A stretch of DNA of 33,946 nucleotides, from positions 13,840,011 through 13,873,956 of the forward strand of contig NC_057752.1 in assembly GCF_004010195.1 (NCBI RefSeq). The letters are read 5' to 3'. The notes beneath the pieces were generated by a model. That model was not told where the DNA came from. It searched no databases and saw only the letters and a list, made by a program, of their open reading frames with translations. This DNA is from Chiloscyllium plagiosum (lineage: Eukaryota). The translations under genes and the position numbers were made by a program. Below are positions 1 through 12,126 of this stretch, piece after piece; within the stretch, counting starts at the first letter, position 1, and every line of letters begins with the position of its first letter.

Positions 1-16
1 AGAGAGAGAGAGAGAG
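1..16. repeat. (AG)n microsatellite, truncated by the window edge
   Basis: agagagagagagagag. Confidence 0.9.
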
Positions 17-464
17 GATGACATTGAGTGAAAACTTGGAGAAGTGGATGGATATCCTTCTGATATTCGCTGTCCACCCAGATGAAACCTGGACTGGCAT
101 ACATCATCAGAATCAATCACTCCCATAATGCGAGGTGAGATGACAGAGTTACAACCACAAAGGCTGACTGCCTCACTGTAAAGTCCATCTATCGCTGTGA
201 CTCTGTCATGTGTGAAATGCATATTTACTGAGCGGTTAAATGGTGCAATGAGTGTACAAAACGGTGGATCAGGCAAGACTTAGCGACTTGAAAGGATGAA
301 GTCAACCAGCAGTTGAAGAGTAAAGGTACACATCCCATGCTCACTCACAAACAATCTTTTTCCAGGAAACATGAGCCTGTGCTCAAATCCCAGCAGATTA
401 AAAGGCCTTTCGCTTTTCAAACAGCACACAGGAACTGTCCTTAGCCTTCCTAGAATCCCTATAG

Positions 465-750
465 TGTGGAAACAGGCCATTTGGACCATTGTGTCCACAA
501 TGACCCTCCACAAAGCATCCCATCCACTCCTCTACACCATCCCTGTAACCCTGCACTCCCCACAGCCATTCCACCCTAACCTGTACATCTCTGGGCACTA
601 TGGGACAATTTAGCATGGCCAATCCACCCTAACCTGCACATCCCTGGGCACTATGGGACAATTTAGCACGGCCAATCCACCCTAACCTGCACAGCTTGTG
701 GGAGGAAACCGGAGCACCTGGAGGAAACCCTCACAGACACAGGGGGGGGT
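465..750 (-). mobile_element. HE1-like SINE, 5'-truncated, with an internal 53-bp tandem duplication (571-623, 624-676, partial 677-695)
   Basis: Reverse complement matches the HE1 body seen at 6213-6539 (gggtttcctcc.ggtgctccggtttcctcccaca..gtgcaggttagggtggattggccatgctaaattg). Confidence 0.85.
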
Positions 751-999
751 AATGGTTAAACTCCCTAATAGATGTTGAATGATTGGGTGCAGTTCCATTC
801 ACTGCCTGATGGTTTTGAACCATCCCAGGGGCCCTAGAATAATTGCATTCACTCTTTTCTAGACACGAGATCAAAAATACCAAACAGAGTCGAAAAACCC
901 CACAGCAACACCTTTTCTAAAAGGTCTTGCATGGGGAAGTGCCTGTTGCTGTCTGGGCCTGTGTTTATCGCCCATCCCACATTGCCCAGAGGGAATGGT

Positions 1000-3600
1000 T
1001 TTCGGGTGAACCGTGTGTCCGTTCGGGACTGTATTGCCGAACCCAACCTCGCGTCACCCTCACTGCGTACCCATACAGGGCCTTCCCCATCGATCCTGCA
1101 CCAGACTGTATCCCTCTCACTTAGAGGAGGCACATGGCCAGATTTGGTGTTCCTGATGCTGTTTCACCCTCCCTCTCCACTTCTGGGAATATCAAAGTCT
1201 TCTCCCCATCAGCAACTTTGCTGGAGCTGTCCCTGTCGTTGCGTGAAGGGTCGTCCTATAGTTAAACAGGGACTGAAACAGTTGGCTATGGAATGACGCT
1301 GTAGGCTGCTTCTTTAAGCCTGCCTTCAACTTTTGATCCACCCTTTCTGCTAGATCATTGGGCGATGGGTGGTATGGAGCTGTCCTTATGTACCGTATGC
1401 TTTTGGACTTTAGGAAATATTCAGATTCGCTGCTGGTAAATGACATCCCATTGATCGTGACCAATACTTCCAGGAGACTGCATATCGTGAACAATGGTCG
1501 CAGTGTCATCCTGGAGTTTGCCGAATGACCTTTCTGCACGTCCAACCACTTTGAATGGGTGCCCACAATGATCAGGAACATTGAGCCCATGAAAAGGACC
1601 AGCATAGTCAACATATAACTGAGTCCAGGGATTTTCCCAGCCATTCCCACAAAAGTGGGGGCACCGTTGGTGATGATTATTGTCCTTGTTGGCGCTCTGG
1701 GCACGGCCCCACCAGTGCAGCTATGTCGGCATCCAATCCTGGCCACCAGATATAGCTTCTTGCCAGCATCTTCACTTTGGAAGCCCTTGGCGAGGTTTGG
1801 CCAGTATCTGGCAGTACCGTTTACTCAGGACAATCGCCTGTGTTCCCCACAGGAAAATGCTGTCCTCTACGGTTTGTCTGGACTCGCTGGGTCCAGAAAG
1901 GTTCCAATTCTGGTTGCGATGGCCAATCTGTTTCCCCCATTACCCCCAGCTGTTTTAGTTTCACCAGCACAGGATCCTTTTGTGTCCACAGTCGGATATT
2001 GTCAGTGGTGACCAGAAAGGTGTCCAGGTGTTTATAACCAAAACAGACTCTTCCATGGAAGGCACCACAGATGGACCATCTGCCAATGGGAGGTGGCTCA
2101 AGGCTTCCGCATGAACCACTTGGTTTCCTGGACGGTGTTCTAGCTTGTACTTGTACGTGTGTGGCAGCGTCTTGTCTTCCTTCGGTCGCCCTAGCAGGAG
2201 TCTGTGATTGGTCACTACGACAAATTCGTTGGTGGAACGTCCTCACACCAAAGATGGTCACCAAACCTTCCTTCTCTATCTGGGCATGTTTGCATTCGGC
2301 GTTAGCCAAAGTCCAGGAAGTATATGCTATCGGGCATTCCTCTCCATTGGGCCAACAGTGATCTAACACTATCCCGATATCGTACAGGGAGGCATCACAT
2401 GTCTGACTGTGGATCGTAGTGGGCCAATGCCTTCGACAATGACAGCTGCCTTTTCACTTCCCTAAAGGCCACTTTTTGGCTACCATTTCCAAGGCTGACC
2501 CTTTCTCAATAGCAGGTGTGATGGTGCCAAGGCGGAGGCCAGGTTAGGTATGAATTTTCTGTAACAATTCACTAACCCAAGGAAAGGCCTGAGCTCCAGT
2601 ACAGACGTGGGAGCTGGGGCTACTTTGATCACCCTCTCCTTCTCTTCCAATGGGTGTAACCTGGTCTTGTTGATTCTGTAACCCACGTAGGTCAGTTGGG
2701 TCACCTGGAACACACGTTTTTCCCTTCTAAGGCACCTGGGAGAAACACTTAAGGACGATGTCCCAAGTTCTCTTTATTGGTCTTCCCTGTTATTAGTACA
2801 TCATCCAGATAAACGGCAACCTAGGGTAGCCCTTGTAAAATGTTCCCCATGGTCTGATGATACCCCAAATGGCCATCTTGGGTATGTCGGTGCAAACCCT
2901 TATGGCTATTAATTGCAGCATATTTCTGGGGCTCCTCCTCCAGTCGCAATTGCAGGCAGGCGTGGCTCATGTCCAGCTGTGGAGCAGTCCTCTGTGTGAG
3001 GGCTGGGGTATTATCCAGCTATGAGAAGGGCTTTACCGTTGGTTTAAACGGCAAACTGAGCCATCAGGCTTCACGATCAGGGTGACTGGTGCTGCCCACT
3101 CTGCCAACTGGTTTGATGATTCCTCCGCGCTCCAGCCACTCCTTTTGCCCGCAAGGCAATTGGCACCGGGCGGGCCTGGCGAAATCTCGGGTTCACTTCC
3201 TGGTCAATGTGAAAACTGACGTTGGCCCCTTTGCTAGCCCCAAGCCCTTCCTGAAATACTCCTGGGTCTTGCACCAGGACTTCACTCAGGCAGCCATTTT
3301 CCAATTGAAAAATGTTGAGGTGAAGCGTTCCCAACCAATTCCACCCCAATAGGCTGGGCCCAAGCCTTTTACTACCATCACAGGAGACTGGAACCAAAGT
3401 CCTACTCTTAATCTGCAACAGTTCCTCAGTGTATGTCCTCAGTGTGGCTGAGGTCTTGTGCAAACTTCAGGATTGGAGTCCCGAGTGAATCTTGTTCAAG
3501 ACCAATTCTGCAACCACAGAGACAGCTTCACTAGTATCAACCTCCATAGGAATTAGGTGACCGTTTAACCAAACTTTAATTTGAATCGGTACCAATTTAG
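1000..3600 (-). pseudogene. Gypsy pol remnant (protease, RT, RNase H, integrase)
   Basis: Motifs spread over ORFs 3467-3784, 3077-3463, 2480-2713, 1821-2369, 1961-2215, 1192-1746 and 849-1133 (DTVWCRIDGEGPVW, integrase C-terminal-like). Confidence 0.9.
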
Positions 3601-3868
3601 ATGTCACTAAGCAACTTATTTGTTCAAGCCCACACGTAGGGGGACTTTCCAGGGTGTGCACTCTCCTGGGTACCGGCCTACAAGTTTTCTTCCCCAAGTC
3701 AGGCCTCCTTTGCTGTCTTGAGTCCAAATACTGAGGCAACTCCAATGGCTCACCGGCCCAGATCCTGAAGAACTGTTTAGCCACTTGGGCCGAGGCTTGG
3801 CTTTGTTGTGGGGTCCTGCTCTGGGCTGGCCTAAGGTCCCCCTGCTTCAGATATAACTTGCATGAGGC

Positions 3869-4434
3869 TCAGCGATTGCCCGCACTCAAGTGGTGCTCCC
3901 CAAGCTCAGTCAAACAGGCGAGGGAGTCCACGTCCACTGGGATGGCCTGTAGCTCCCATGCTCCACTTGGTGTATTTTCTAACGAGAAAGCCAGTTGGAG
4001 AGCCTGTTTGAAATCCAGTTGGGCTTCAGTTAGTCGGCGCTTCTGCATGGTCACATTATTTATCCCACATAGCGAACATCAGGGTTAACCCAAAATCACA
4101 TGCCTCAGCCAATCGTCTCAAACTTGTCAAACTTCCTGATACGGATTCCCCCGGTTCTCTAACAGCCGAATAAAACCCATAGTGTCTCAGAATTTGAGGA
4201 GGTTTGGGGTTGTAATATTCCTTAACCAACTCTTGGACGTCCTTAGCGTCTGGTTTCTCTGGGAAAGTGATAATTGAAAATGCTGCAGGTCTACAAGCAG
4301 TCAGGAGGATTACTTGTTGCTTTTTATCTGTCCCAGAGTTATTTTGCCCCGAAACAATATCGCATTCTTTCCACATACTGGGCCCAGTCTTCAACAGCAG
4401 GATCAAACAAGTCAAGCTTCCCAAACAAAGGCAT
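3869..4434 (-). pseudogene. Gypsy gag remnant
   Basis: ORF pieces 4056-4424 and 3869-4054 (QKRRLTEAQLDFKQALQLA) plus the N-terminus from ATG 4434, broken by frameshifts. Confidence 0.85.
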
Positions 4435-4520
4435 GATGCCAGAACTGCTTACCCCAACTCAAAAATGGCTATTGCAAGCAAATGCTCTTTAGGCATGTAC
4501 TATCCCAGTCTCATCACCAC

Positions 4521-4890
4521 CGAGAGGCCAGTTCCCATCATCAAGTGACTCTTTATTTACTCGTATATAGTATACTGGCTGTGGCCAGCCAATTCAGAAT
4601 CAGGCCCCTGAATGGAGGAGACTCCAAATCCCCTGGTTATGTTGCTTTTCAAATACTAGAGTGCTTTAATAATTTAATTCATATTGCACACTTACATGAC
4701 AGTTATGCTCCATAGGAACGCAAACATTCGTTGTTCATGCCAGGTCAGTGCTACATGAGAAACTGCGAATACAGAATGCCACAATTCAGACAGTACCGGC
4801 TGGTTAGGTTAGTCAGTCAGGGCTTTCCTGATTGCAACCCCAATCAATAACCTCATAATCAACAAGATCCACCTGGTTCCAATCGCTACA
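4521..4890 (-). repeat. Putative 5' LTR of the Gypsy element, followed by a primer-binding site at 4519-4510
   Basis: Minus strand begins TGTAGCGATTGG at 4890, has AATAAA at 4557-4552, and is followed by TGGTGATGAG (PBS-like) about 75 nt upstream of the gag ATG. Confidence 0.55.
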
Positions 4891-5079
4891 AAACCTTAGG
4901 TACAAATAAAATAGAGAGAAAAGGTTACCCAGACAGGGTTTTTCCTGATTTGGACAAGAAAGGGCCTTTTTTTTAAAATTACAGGTTTTTGTTTAAGTGA
5001 GTGAATTCAAATTTCACCATCTGCCACAGCAGATCTGCCTCTGGATTCTAATTCAGAGACTGGGACAGGAATCGTAGGC

Positions 5080-5236
5080 CCCAATCCCACCCTCCTCTAG
5101 CTTATCTCTCCACGCTTCAGGCTCTCTGCCTTTATTCCTGATGAAAGGCTTTTGCCCGAAACGTTGATTTTGCTGAAGCTCCTCAATGCTGCCTGAATTG
5201 CTGTGCTCTTCCAGCACCACTAATCCAGAACCTGGT
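5080..5236 (+). mobile_element. Penelope-like element terminal (pLTR) fragment with a hammerhead motif at ~5134-5169
   Basis: Near-identical to 13680-13757; contains CTGATGA-aggc tttt gccc-GAAACGTT. Confidence 0.75.
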
Positions 5237-5807
5237 TATTGGGCTCCAAGTGACTGGGTCACTATGTTCCCCCTGGCAATGGTGGATGTGTTTTATCTGT
5301 ATTCAGGATCTACCAGCCTTTCATTAATACCCTGCCTGTCTTATCAGGAAAGATACGGCTGTTACGTTATGAGGAGCTGACTCATCATAGATGGGATTGG
5401 TGGAATCCTGAGCTTTCCAATGGATTGCAGCATCAAGGTCAAACTATTTAGGGATCGACTCTGTGGCATTTGTGGCATTGCGAAACCTGCTGAGTTTACA
5501 ATCTAGAATGCATGCTACCTCAAGACTGGCTCCCTTTGTCCCCACCGCACCTAACTTTTACCTGGAAATGGATTTACCGTGGTGCTGACAGATCCTCAAA
5601 CACTTCCTGTCTGGCCCGCCATCGGTATTGTTTGTCTGTTGGGAATATGCCCTGGCACCTGGTCAGATTTGTGGGTGGGCTGAGGTTTGTCCCATCGGGA
5701 ATGGGCACTGTAAGTGGATCTAAACAACTCGGCAATGATACAGGAAAGGACAGGGAGGCTAAAACCCCAAGTAATTGGTGAGATTTGTCCCTTTCTTGTC
5801 CAAATAT

Positions 5808-6205
5808 TAGAACATTGAACACTACAGCACAGGAAGGGGCCCTTTGGCCCACCATATTGAGCTGAACATGACGCCAAATTAAACTAATCTCCTCTGCCTG
5901 CCCTTGGCCCATATCCCTGTATTCCCTACATGTTCATGTGCTAATCTAAAAGTCTCTTAAAAGTCCATATCGTGTCTGCCTCCACCACCACCCATAGCAG
6001 CTCGTTCCAGACTCTTTATTTAAAAAAATCTGCCCCTCACATCTCCTTTGAACTCTCCCCTCCTCATCTTAAATGCATGCCCCCCAGCTTTCGAGATTTC
6101 GTCTCTGGAAAAAAGATTCTGACTGTTAACCCTATCTATGCATCTCGTCATTTTGTAGACTTCTATCAGCCTCTGCTACTCCAGAGCCTCTCCTTATAGC
6201 TCAGC
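5808..6205 (-). mobile_element. CR1-type LINE 3' fragment
   Basis: Shares the CR1 3'-end pattern (acagcacagga..ggcccttt/cggccc; ccatatccct; gcctccaccacc) with other copies in the window. Confidence 0.7.
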
Positions 6206-6212
6206 CCCTCTT

Positions 6213-6539
6213 GGGCGGCACGGTGGCACAGTGGTTAGCACTGCTGCCTCACAGCGCCAGGGGCCCAGGTGCAATTCCCGCCTCAGGCAACTGTCTGTGT
6301 GGAGTTTGCACGTTCTCCCCGTGTCTGCGTGGGTTTCCTCCGGGTGCTCCGGTTTCCTCCCACAGTCCAAAGATGTGCAGGTTAGGGTGAATTGGCCATG
6401 CTAAATTGCCCGTAGTGTTAGGTGAAGGGGTGAATGTCGGGGACTGGGTCTGGGTGGGTTGCTCTTCGGAGGGTCGGTGTGGACTTGTTGGGCCGAAGGG
6501 CCTGTTTCCACACTGTAGGGAATCTAATCTAAACTAAAC
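6213..6539 (+). mobile_element. Full-length HE1 SINE (tRNA-derived V-SINE of elasmobranchs)
   Basis: tRNA-like head gggcggcacggtggcacagtggttagcactgctgcctcacagcgccaggg with A/B-box-like motifs, conserved core, CR1-like tail gggccgaagggcctgtttccacactgta and (aatct)n end. Confidence 0.92.
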
Positions 6540-7154
6540 CCCTTCCACACCCTCTCCTTAGCCTCCACATCTTTCCTGTAATGTAGTGACCAGAATTAAT
6601 GTTAAATTGACCTTACTGAATGATGCTTCAGCTCTACTGGTAGCACTCATATCTCTGAGTGAGGAAAGTGGTGGGTTGGAGTGTCCTGACACAGACTTAA
6701 GCACAAACATGTGAACTGGTATTTTCATAGGGTACAAATGGCTGTTCAGCATTTGTCTTCTCCCAGATGTCCACTTCATTTCCCAGACCTGGCGAAGCTT
6801 ATTGGCTTAAAAACGGAAGCACTGCTTTCAAACTACCATGGCACGGAGCCCGGACTCATTTAATGAACGTCACAGGGACTACAGCCCTCAAGAAATCAAT
6901 CCCATCTTCCTGGCAATAAAGTCTTTGAAATCCGGAAAATTTACAAGGTGTGGAGTACAATAAAGTCACATCAGTGTTGACTGGCAGGGCATTTATGAGA
7001 ATTTGTAAAGTTGTCTCCATGAGGGAGAGAAAGAGAGCGTGTTACTGCAGGAAGAGTGCCTGCTTTATCCCATGGTATTCGCAGTCCTTAGCTCACATCT
7101 CTCACAACAGCTTCCAAATCACTTGACATCTCACCTCTTTGAATCCGTACAAGT

Positions 7155-7448
7155 GTAGAAGCAGGCCATTCAGCCCATCGAGTCCACGCTGACCCTCCAA
7201 AGAGCGTTCTCCACCCCCCCCCCAAAAACCTTGCATTTCCCACGGCTAATCCACCTCGCCTGCACAATTTAGCAAGGCCAATCCACCCCAACCTGCACAT
7301 TGTTGGAGGGAATCAGAGCACCTCAAGGAAATCTGCACAGACGCGGGGAGAATGTGCAAACTCCACACAGACGGTCGCCCGAGGCTGGAATCGAACCTGG
7401 GTCCCTGGCGCTGTCGGGCAGCAGTGCTACCCACTGAGCCACTGTGCC
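7155..7448 (-). mobile_element. HE1-like SINE
   Basis: Reverse complement of the HE1 head (ggcacagtggctcagtggg..cagggacccaggttcgattccagcctcggg) and core. Confidence 0.85.
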
Positions 7449-7960
7449 AGCCCCTTGTGCAGCCCTCATCTTAATAGCTCCAGTATCAGCCATCATGCCT
7501 TTCAGCTGTCGAGCCCCTAAACTGTGGGAATCTCTCCTTAAACCTCACTATCCCCTCTCTCTTTCACCTTTAAAATTCACTTTAAAACCTTTGACAAAGC
7601 TTTTGATCATCCGCTCTATTATTTCCCTAAGTGGCTCAGTATCAAATTTTGCTTCATAAATGCCAGCAAAGTGCCTTGAGACATCTGATTATGTTAAAAT
7701 GCTGCAAAAATGCGAGTGATGTTAGCTCTTGAATGCTTGCATGTTTCTTTGGGTGTGAGTGCCTGTATATCTGTGAACACAAACGTGCATTTGTGCAGGA
7801 GTGTATACCCGAGTGGCATATACCTCCCCAGTGCAGATAACCATGTGTATCTGCCTGAGTGTGTCGACATGACTGCATATCTGTGGGTGCATATACTGTA
7901 TATATGCACATAGGAACAGCAGTAGGCCATTCAGCCCCTCAAACCTGTTCCTCCATTCAA

Positions 7961-8148
7961 AGACAGAAGTCGCACGACACAAGGTTATAGTCCAACAGGT
8001 TTATTTGGAATCACAAGCTTTCAGGGCGCTGCTCCTTCGCCTGATGAAGGGGCAGCGCTCCAAAAGCTTGTGATTTCTAATAAACCTGTTGGACTATAAC
8101 CTGGTATCGTGTGACTTTGCCCACCCCAGTCCAACACTGGTACCTCTA
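7961..8148. mobile_element. Fold-back PLE-derived insertion with 10-bp TSD and degenerate hammerhead cores
   Basis: Inverted arms ggttatagtccaacaggtttatt..cacaagcttt / aaagcttgtg..aataaacctgttggactataacc; TSD ctccattcaa at 7951-7960 and 8149-8158. Confidence 0.8.
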
Positions 8149-8185
8149 CTCCATTCAATGAGATCATGGCTGATCTGTGGCCTAA

Positions 8186-9931
8186 GGGTGACTAAGAGGG
8201 TAACTGGACAAAGGAAAGAAGTTATGCCTGGAGTCAGAGAAAATGGGTGAGATTCTTAATGAGTACTTTGCCTTGAGGAGAGGGTCATGATGGATGTTGA
8301 ATTTAGGGATAAGTGTTTGATTGCTCTAGGTCAAGTCGACAGATGGAGGGAGGAAGTGTTGGGTGTTCTAAAAGGCATTAAGGTGGACAAGTTCCCAGGT
8401 CTGGATGGGATTAATCCAGGTTACTGAGGGAAGTAAGAGAGGAAATAGCTGGGCCCTTAACAGATATCTTGAACACGGGTGAGGTCCCAGAGGACTGGAG
8501 AATTGTTAATGTTGTCCCCTTGTTTAAGAAGGGTAACACGGATAATCCAAGTAATTATAGACCGGTGAGCCTGACGTTAGTGGTAGGGAAGCTGCTGGAG
8601 AAGATACTGAGGGATAGGATCTATTTACATTTGGAAGAAAATGGGCTTATCAGTGATAGGCAACATGGTTTTTTGCGGGGAAGGTCATATCTTACCAACT
8701 TAATAGAATTCTTTGAGGAAGTGACAAAGTTGATTGATGAGGGAAGGGCTGTAGATGTCATATACATGGACTTCAGTAAGGCATTTGATAAGGTTCCCTA
8801 TGGTAGGCTGATGGAGAAGTGAAGTTGCGTGGGGTCCAGGGGGTACTAGCTAGACGGATAGAGAACTAGCTGGGTAACAGGAGGCAGAGAGTTGTACTGG
8901 AAGGGAGTTTCTCAAACTGGAGACCTGTGACCAGTGGTGTTCCGTAGAGATCCTTGCTGGGACCACTATTGTTTGTGATATACATAAATGATCTGGATGA
9001 AGGCATAGGTGGTCTGATTAGAAAGTTTGCAGATGACACGAAGATTGGTGTAGGGGAAGATAGTGAAGGAACTGTCAGAGAGTGCAGCAGAATATAGATA
9101 GATGGAAGAGTTGGGCAGAGAAATGGCAGATGGAATTCAATCTGGGCAAATGCGAGGTGATGCATTTTGGAAGATCCAATTCCCAAGCAAACTAGACCGC
9201 AAATAGAAAAGCCCTGAGGAAAATTGATGTACAGAGAGATCTGGGTGTTCAGGTCCATTGCCACCTTCAAGGAACAACGCAGGTCGATAGAGTGGTCAAG
9301 AAGGCATACATCGGATGGGGTATTGAGTACAAGGGTTGGCAGGTCATGTTACAGTTGTATAGGACTTTGGTTCGGCTACATTTGGAATACTGCGTACAGT
9401 TCTGGTCGCCACATTACCAAAAGGATGTGGATGCTTTGGAGAGGGTGCAGAGGCGGTTCACCAGGATGTTGCCTGGTAAGGAGGATGATTTGAGTAAATG
9501 AAGAGAGGTTGAGTAGATTAGGATTATTTTCATTAGAAAGAAGGAGGTTGAGGGGGGTGACCTGGTTGAGGTCTACAAAATCATGAGAGATATAGACAGG
9601 GTGGATAGCAAGGAGCTTTCTCTCAGAGTAAGGGACTCAATTACTTGGGGTCACGTGTTCAAGGTGAGAGGGGAAAAGTTTAAGGGAGATATGCGTGGAA
9701 AGGTTTTTATGCAGATGGTGATGGGTGCCTGGAACACGTTGCCAGCGGAGGTGGTAGAGGTGGGCACAATAGTGTCATTTAAGATGTATCTAGACAGATA
9801 CATGAATGGGCAGGGAGCAACGGGATACAAATCCTTAGAAAATAGGTGACAGGTTTAGATAGAGGATCTGGATCAGCGCAGGCTTGGAGGGCCGAAGGGC
9901 CTTTTCCTGTGCTGTAAATTTCTTTGTTCTA
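8186..9931 (+). mobile_element. CR1/HER1 LINE, 5'-truncated ORF2 (reverse transcriptase) plus 3' UTR, with stops and frameshifts
   Basis: GEVPEDWRIVNVVPLFKKG..NYRPVSLT..QHGF..DFSKAFDKV; KFADDTK at ~9023-9043; LEYCVQFWSPHYQKDVDALERVQRRFTRM. Confidence 0.95.
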
Positions 9932-10019
9932 ATTACATAGGCCTGCCTTTGGCCCATATCCATTAATACCTAAGCTTAACAACAAAAAAATGCACCGCAG
10001 ACTTAAAATTAACAACTGA

Positions 10020-10210
10020 AATACATACATGCGAATGCATATATGTCTGTGTGTGTATATATGCACATGCAATTGTGTATATGTGTAAGTGTGTGTAGGT
10101 GAGTATATACGAGCGTGTATATGTGAATATACATTTGTGTATGCATGTATATCTGAATGAGTGTGTACATGTGTGTATCAATATACATGGGTATATGGAT
10201 ATGTGAGAGT
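10020..10210. repeat. Degenerate (TA/TG)n low-complexity repeat (a similar tract at ~7750-7910)
   Basis: Alternating purine-pyrimidine runs gtgtgtatatatgcacatg... Confidence 0.75.
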
Positions 10211-10759
10211 TTGTGTTTTATAATTTGTCCTTTTGTTCATTCACCCAGTTCTCACATGTTTCTGCCCTACCTTCTCCCCTTCAGGCACTGCCGGTCTCCC
10301 TTGTTTACAGCTTGTTTGTGTTCAAGCCCACACAGTGCCAAGGACAATGTAGCAGAGCCCGATAACATCTTTGACCCAGGTTGCCATTGAGAGGCAAGAT
10401 CAGAAAGCCTGGCAGCCAGTGAAACTCCCAGAGCTGGTCATTGCTGAGTTTGTTCATCAGGATTTTACAGTTGGTCCCTTGGCCACAGCATTATTTCGCT
10501 CTGAATGAGGGTCGCCGGACTTGAGGCATTAACTCTGTTTCTCTGTTTCGGTAACAAAGATTTTGTACCTGAGATGGTGCGGTGTACACTTCTCCCTGTA
10601 CTCTTACACTTGAGTACACATGACAATAAAACCACAACCTAAATCTCGATCTAATCTCAGCACATATGCTGTCAGACCTGCTGAGTTTCCCCAGCACTTG
10701 CTGGTTTTGGCCAGGTTTCCTGCTTCTGGTCATTATTCAGTAACATTTCAGATTCGTCG

Positions 10760-11050
10760 GAGTAGTACTGTTGTCTTGACATCAGGTATTCGTGATTTTA
10801 AGCTCCAGACTAAAGACTTGAGAAGGTAATCTGGGCTGATGATGCCACACTGCTAATTGCCCTTCCAATGAGGGCCTGTCTGATCTCTTAGCAGGATGTA
10901 GATGATCCCAAGGCACGAATATTGAAGGTTATGACATCCCAACCAATACTTACCACTTCGACTGACGTCAGAAAACCAATTCTCTGGGCCATTATCAGAT
11001 TGTTGTTGATAGGAGCCCCCTGTGGACAGGTTTGGTACCACATTTCGATA
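10760..11050 (+). mobile_element. Old SINE, probably DeuSINE-type (related pieces at ~6625-6725 + and ~21810-21990 -)
   Basis: Degenerate tRNA-like head followed by gggcctgtctg..ggatgtagatgatcccaaggcac, resembling the Deu-domain; recognised from memory only. Confidence 0.45.
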
Positions 11051-11074
11051 TTAAGAAGGAAAAAAGACATTGTT

Positions 11075-11375
11075 AATTTATTCATAGGATGTGGGCAGCC
11101 CAGACCAGGCCAGCATTTATTGTCCATCCCTAATTGCCCAGAGGGCAGCTAAGAGTCAACCACATTGGCTGTGGGTCCGGACTCACATACAGTTCAGAAC
11201 AGGTAAGGAGGGCAGTTTCCTTCCCTAAAGGACACTAGTAAACCAGGTGGGTTTTTCTGACAATGGATTTGTGGTCATCATTCGACTCTTAGTTCCAGGT
11301 TTTATTGCATTCAAATTCCACCATCTGCTGGGTTCCCGGAACATACCTGGACCTCTGGGTTACGAGTCTAACAAT
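11075..11375 (-). mobile_element. Second tRNA-derived SINE family copy
   Basis: Reverse complement matches 13085-13350, 22320-23240 and 32200-32535 (ctggttcac..cctttagggaaggaaa..gactccagacccacagcaatgtggttgactct). Confidence 0.75.
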
Positions 11376-11606
11376 AAAACCAAATATTTATCGTCTTTCA
11401 CAATCCTGGGACATACTACAGTGCCAATTCAGTAAGCCAAACGCAGAGGTGGGGTGGATGGGAAAGCATCAGTTCCATTAGCAGAAGGGTTAATAACCAG
11501 GGTGGGGCATCTATTTAAGTTTGAAGGTGAAGAGAAGAGTTGGCAAGAATTGGTTTCTGGGGAACTCACTGCCTGAACAGACAGATAAGGGAGAAGCTTT
11601 TGTAGT

Positions 11607-12126
11607 GGGCGGCACGGTGGTTAGCACTGCTGCCTCACAGCACCAGAGACCTGGGTTCAATTCCTGCCTCAGACAACTGTCTGTGTAGAGTTTGCACATT
11701 CACTGCGTGGGTTTCCTCCCACAGTCCAAAGATGTGCAGGTTAGGGTGAATTGGCCATGCTAAATTGCTGAAAATGTGTTGCTGGAAAAGCGCAGCAGGT
11801 CAGGCAGCATCCAGGGAACAGGAGAATCGACGTTTCGGGCATAAGCCCTTCTTCAGGAATGAGGAAAGTGTGTCCAGCAGGCGAAGATAAAAGGTAGGGA
11901 GGAGGGGCTTGGGGGAGGGGCGTTGGAAATGCGATAGGTGGAGGGAGGTCAAGGTGAGGGTGATAGGCCGGAGTGGGGTGGGGGCGGAGAGGTCAGGAAG
12001 AAGATTGAATGCTAAATTGCCCATAGTGTTGGGTGAAGGGGTAAATGTAAGGGAATGGGTCTGGGAGGGTTGGTGTGGACTTGTTGGGCTGAAGGGCCTG
12101 TTTCCACACTTTAAGTAATCTAATCA
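11607..12126 (+). mobile_element. HE1 SINE interrupted by a PLE insertion
   Basis: HE1 head at 11607 and tail at 12021-12126; continuity is restored when 11769-12020 is removed. Confidence 0.88.
11769..12008 (-). mobile_element. PLE pLTR fragment with 12-bp TSD and a hammerhead motif (11825-11860)
   Basis: TSD atgctaaattgc at 11757-11768 and 12009-12020; minus strand reads attc-CTGAAGA-a-gggc ttat gccc-GAAA-CGTC-gatt. Confidence 0.85.

Larger units (their letters stand above)
1000..4890 (-). mobile_element. Decayed Ty3/Gypsy LTR retrotransposon (gag-protease-RT-RNaseH-integrase), frameshifted; no second LTR seen
   Basis: Gag-like start MPLFGKLDLFDPAVEDWAQYVER (ATG 4434) and PKP..ESV..LRRLAEACDFG. 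Protease NGHLIPMEVDTSEAVSVV. RT APTSVLELRPFLGLVNCYRKFIPNLA. RNaseH PIAYTSWTLANAECKHAQIEKEGL. Integrase TAPYHPSPNDLAER..FNYRTTLHATTGTAPAKLLMGR. The order with integrase last is Gypsy-type. Confidence 0.95.

Noticed and set aside
571..695. Repeat array resembling CRISPR
   Set aside because: Head-to-tail 53-bp duplication inside a HE1 SINE, no unique spacers, eukaryotic context, no cas genes
6213..6290. tRNA gene
   Set aside because: tRNA-derived SINE head continuing into the HE1 core and tail; same for 11607, 23429 and 31798
8011..8072. Active hammerheads in the 7961-8148 fold-back
   Set aside because: The plus copy has AAAA instead of GAAA and the minus copy lacks CTGATGA; kept only as degenerate relics
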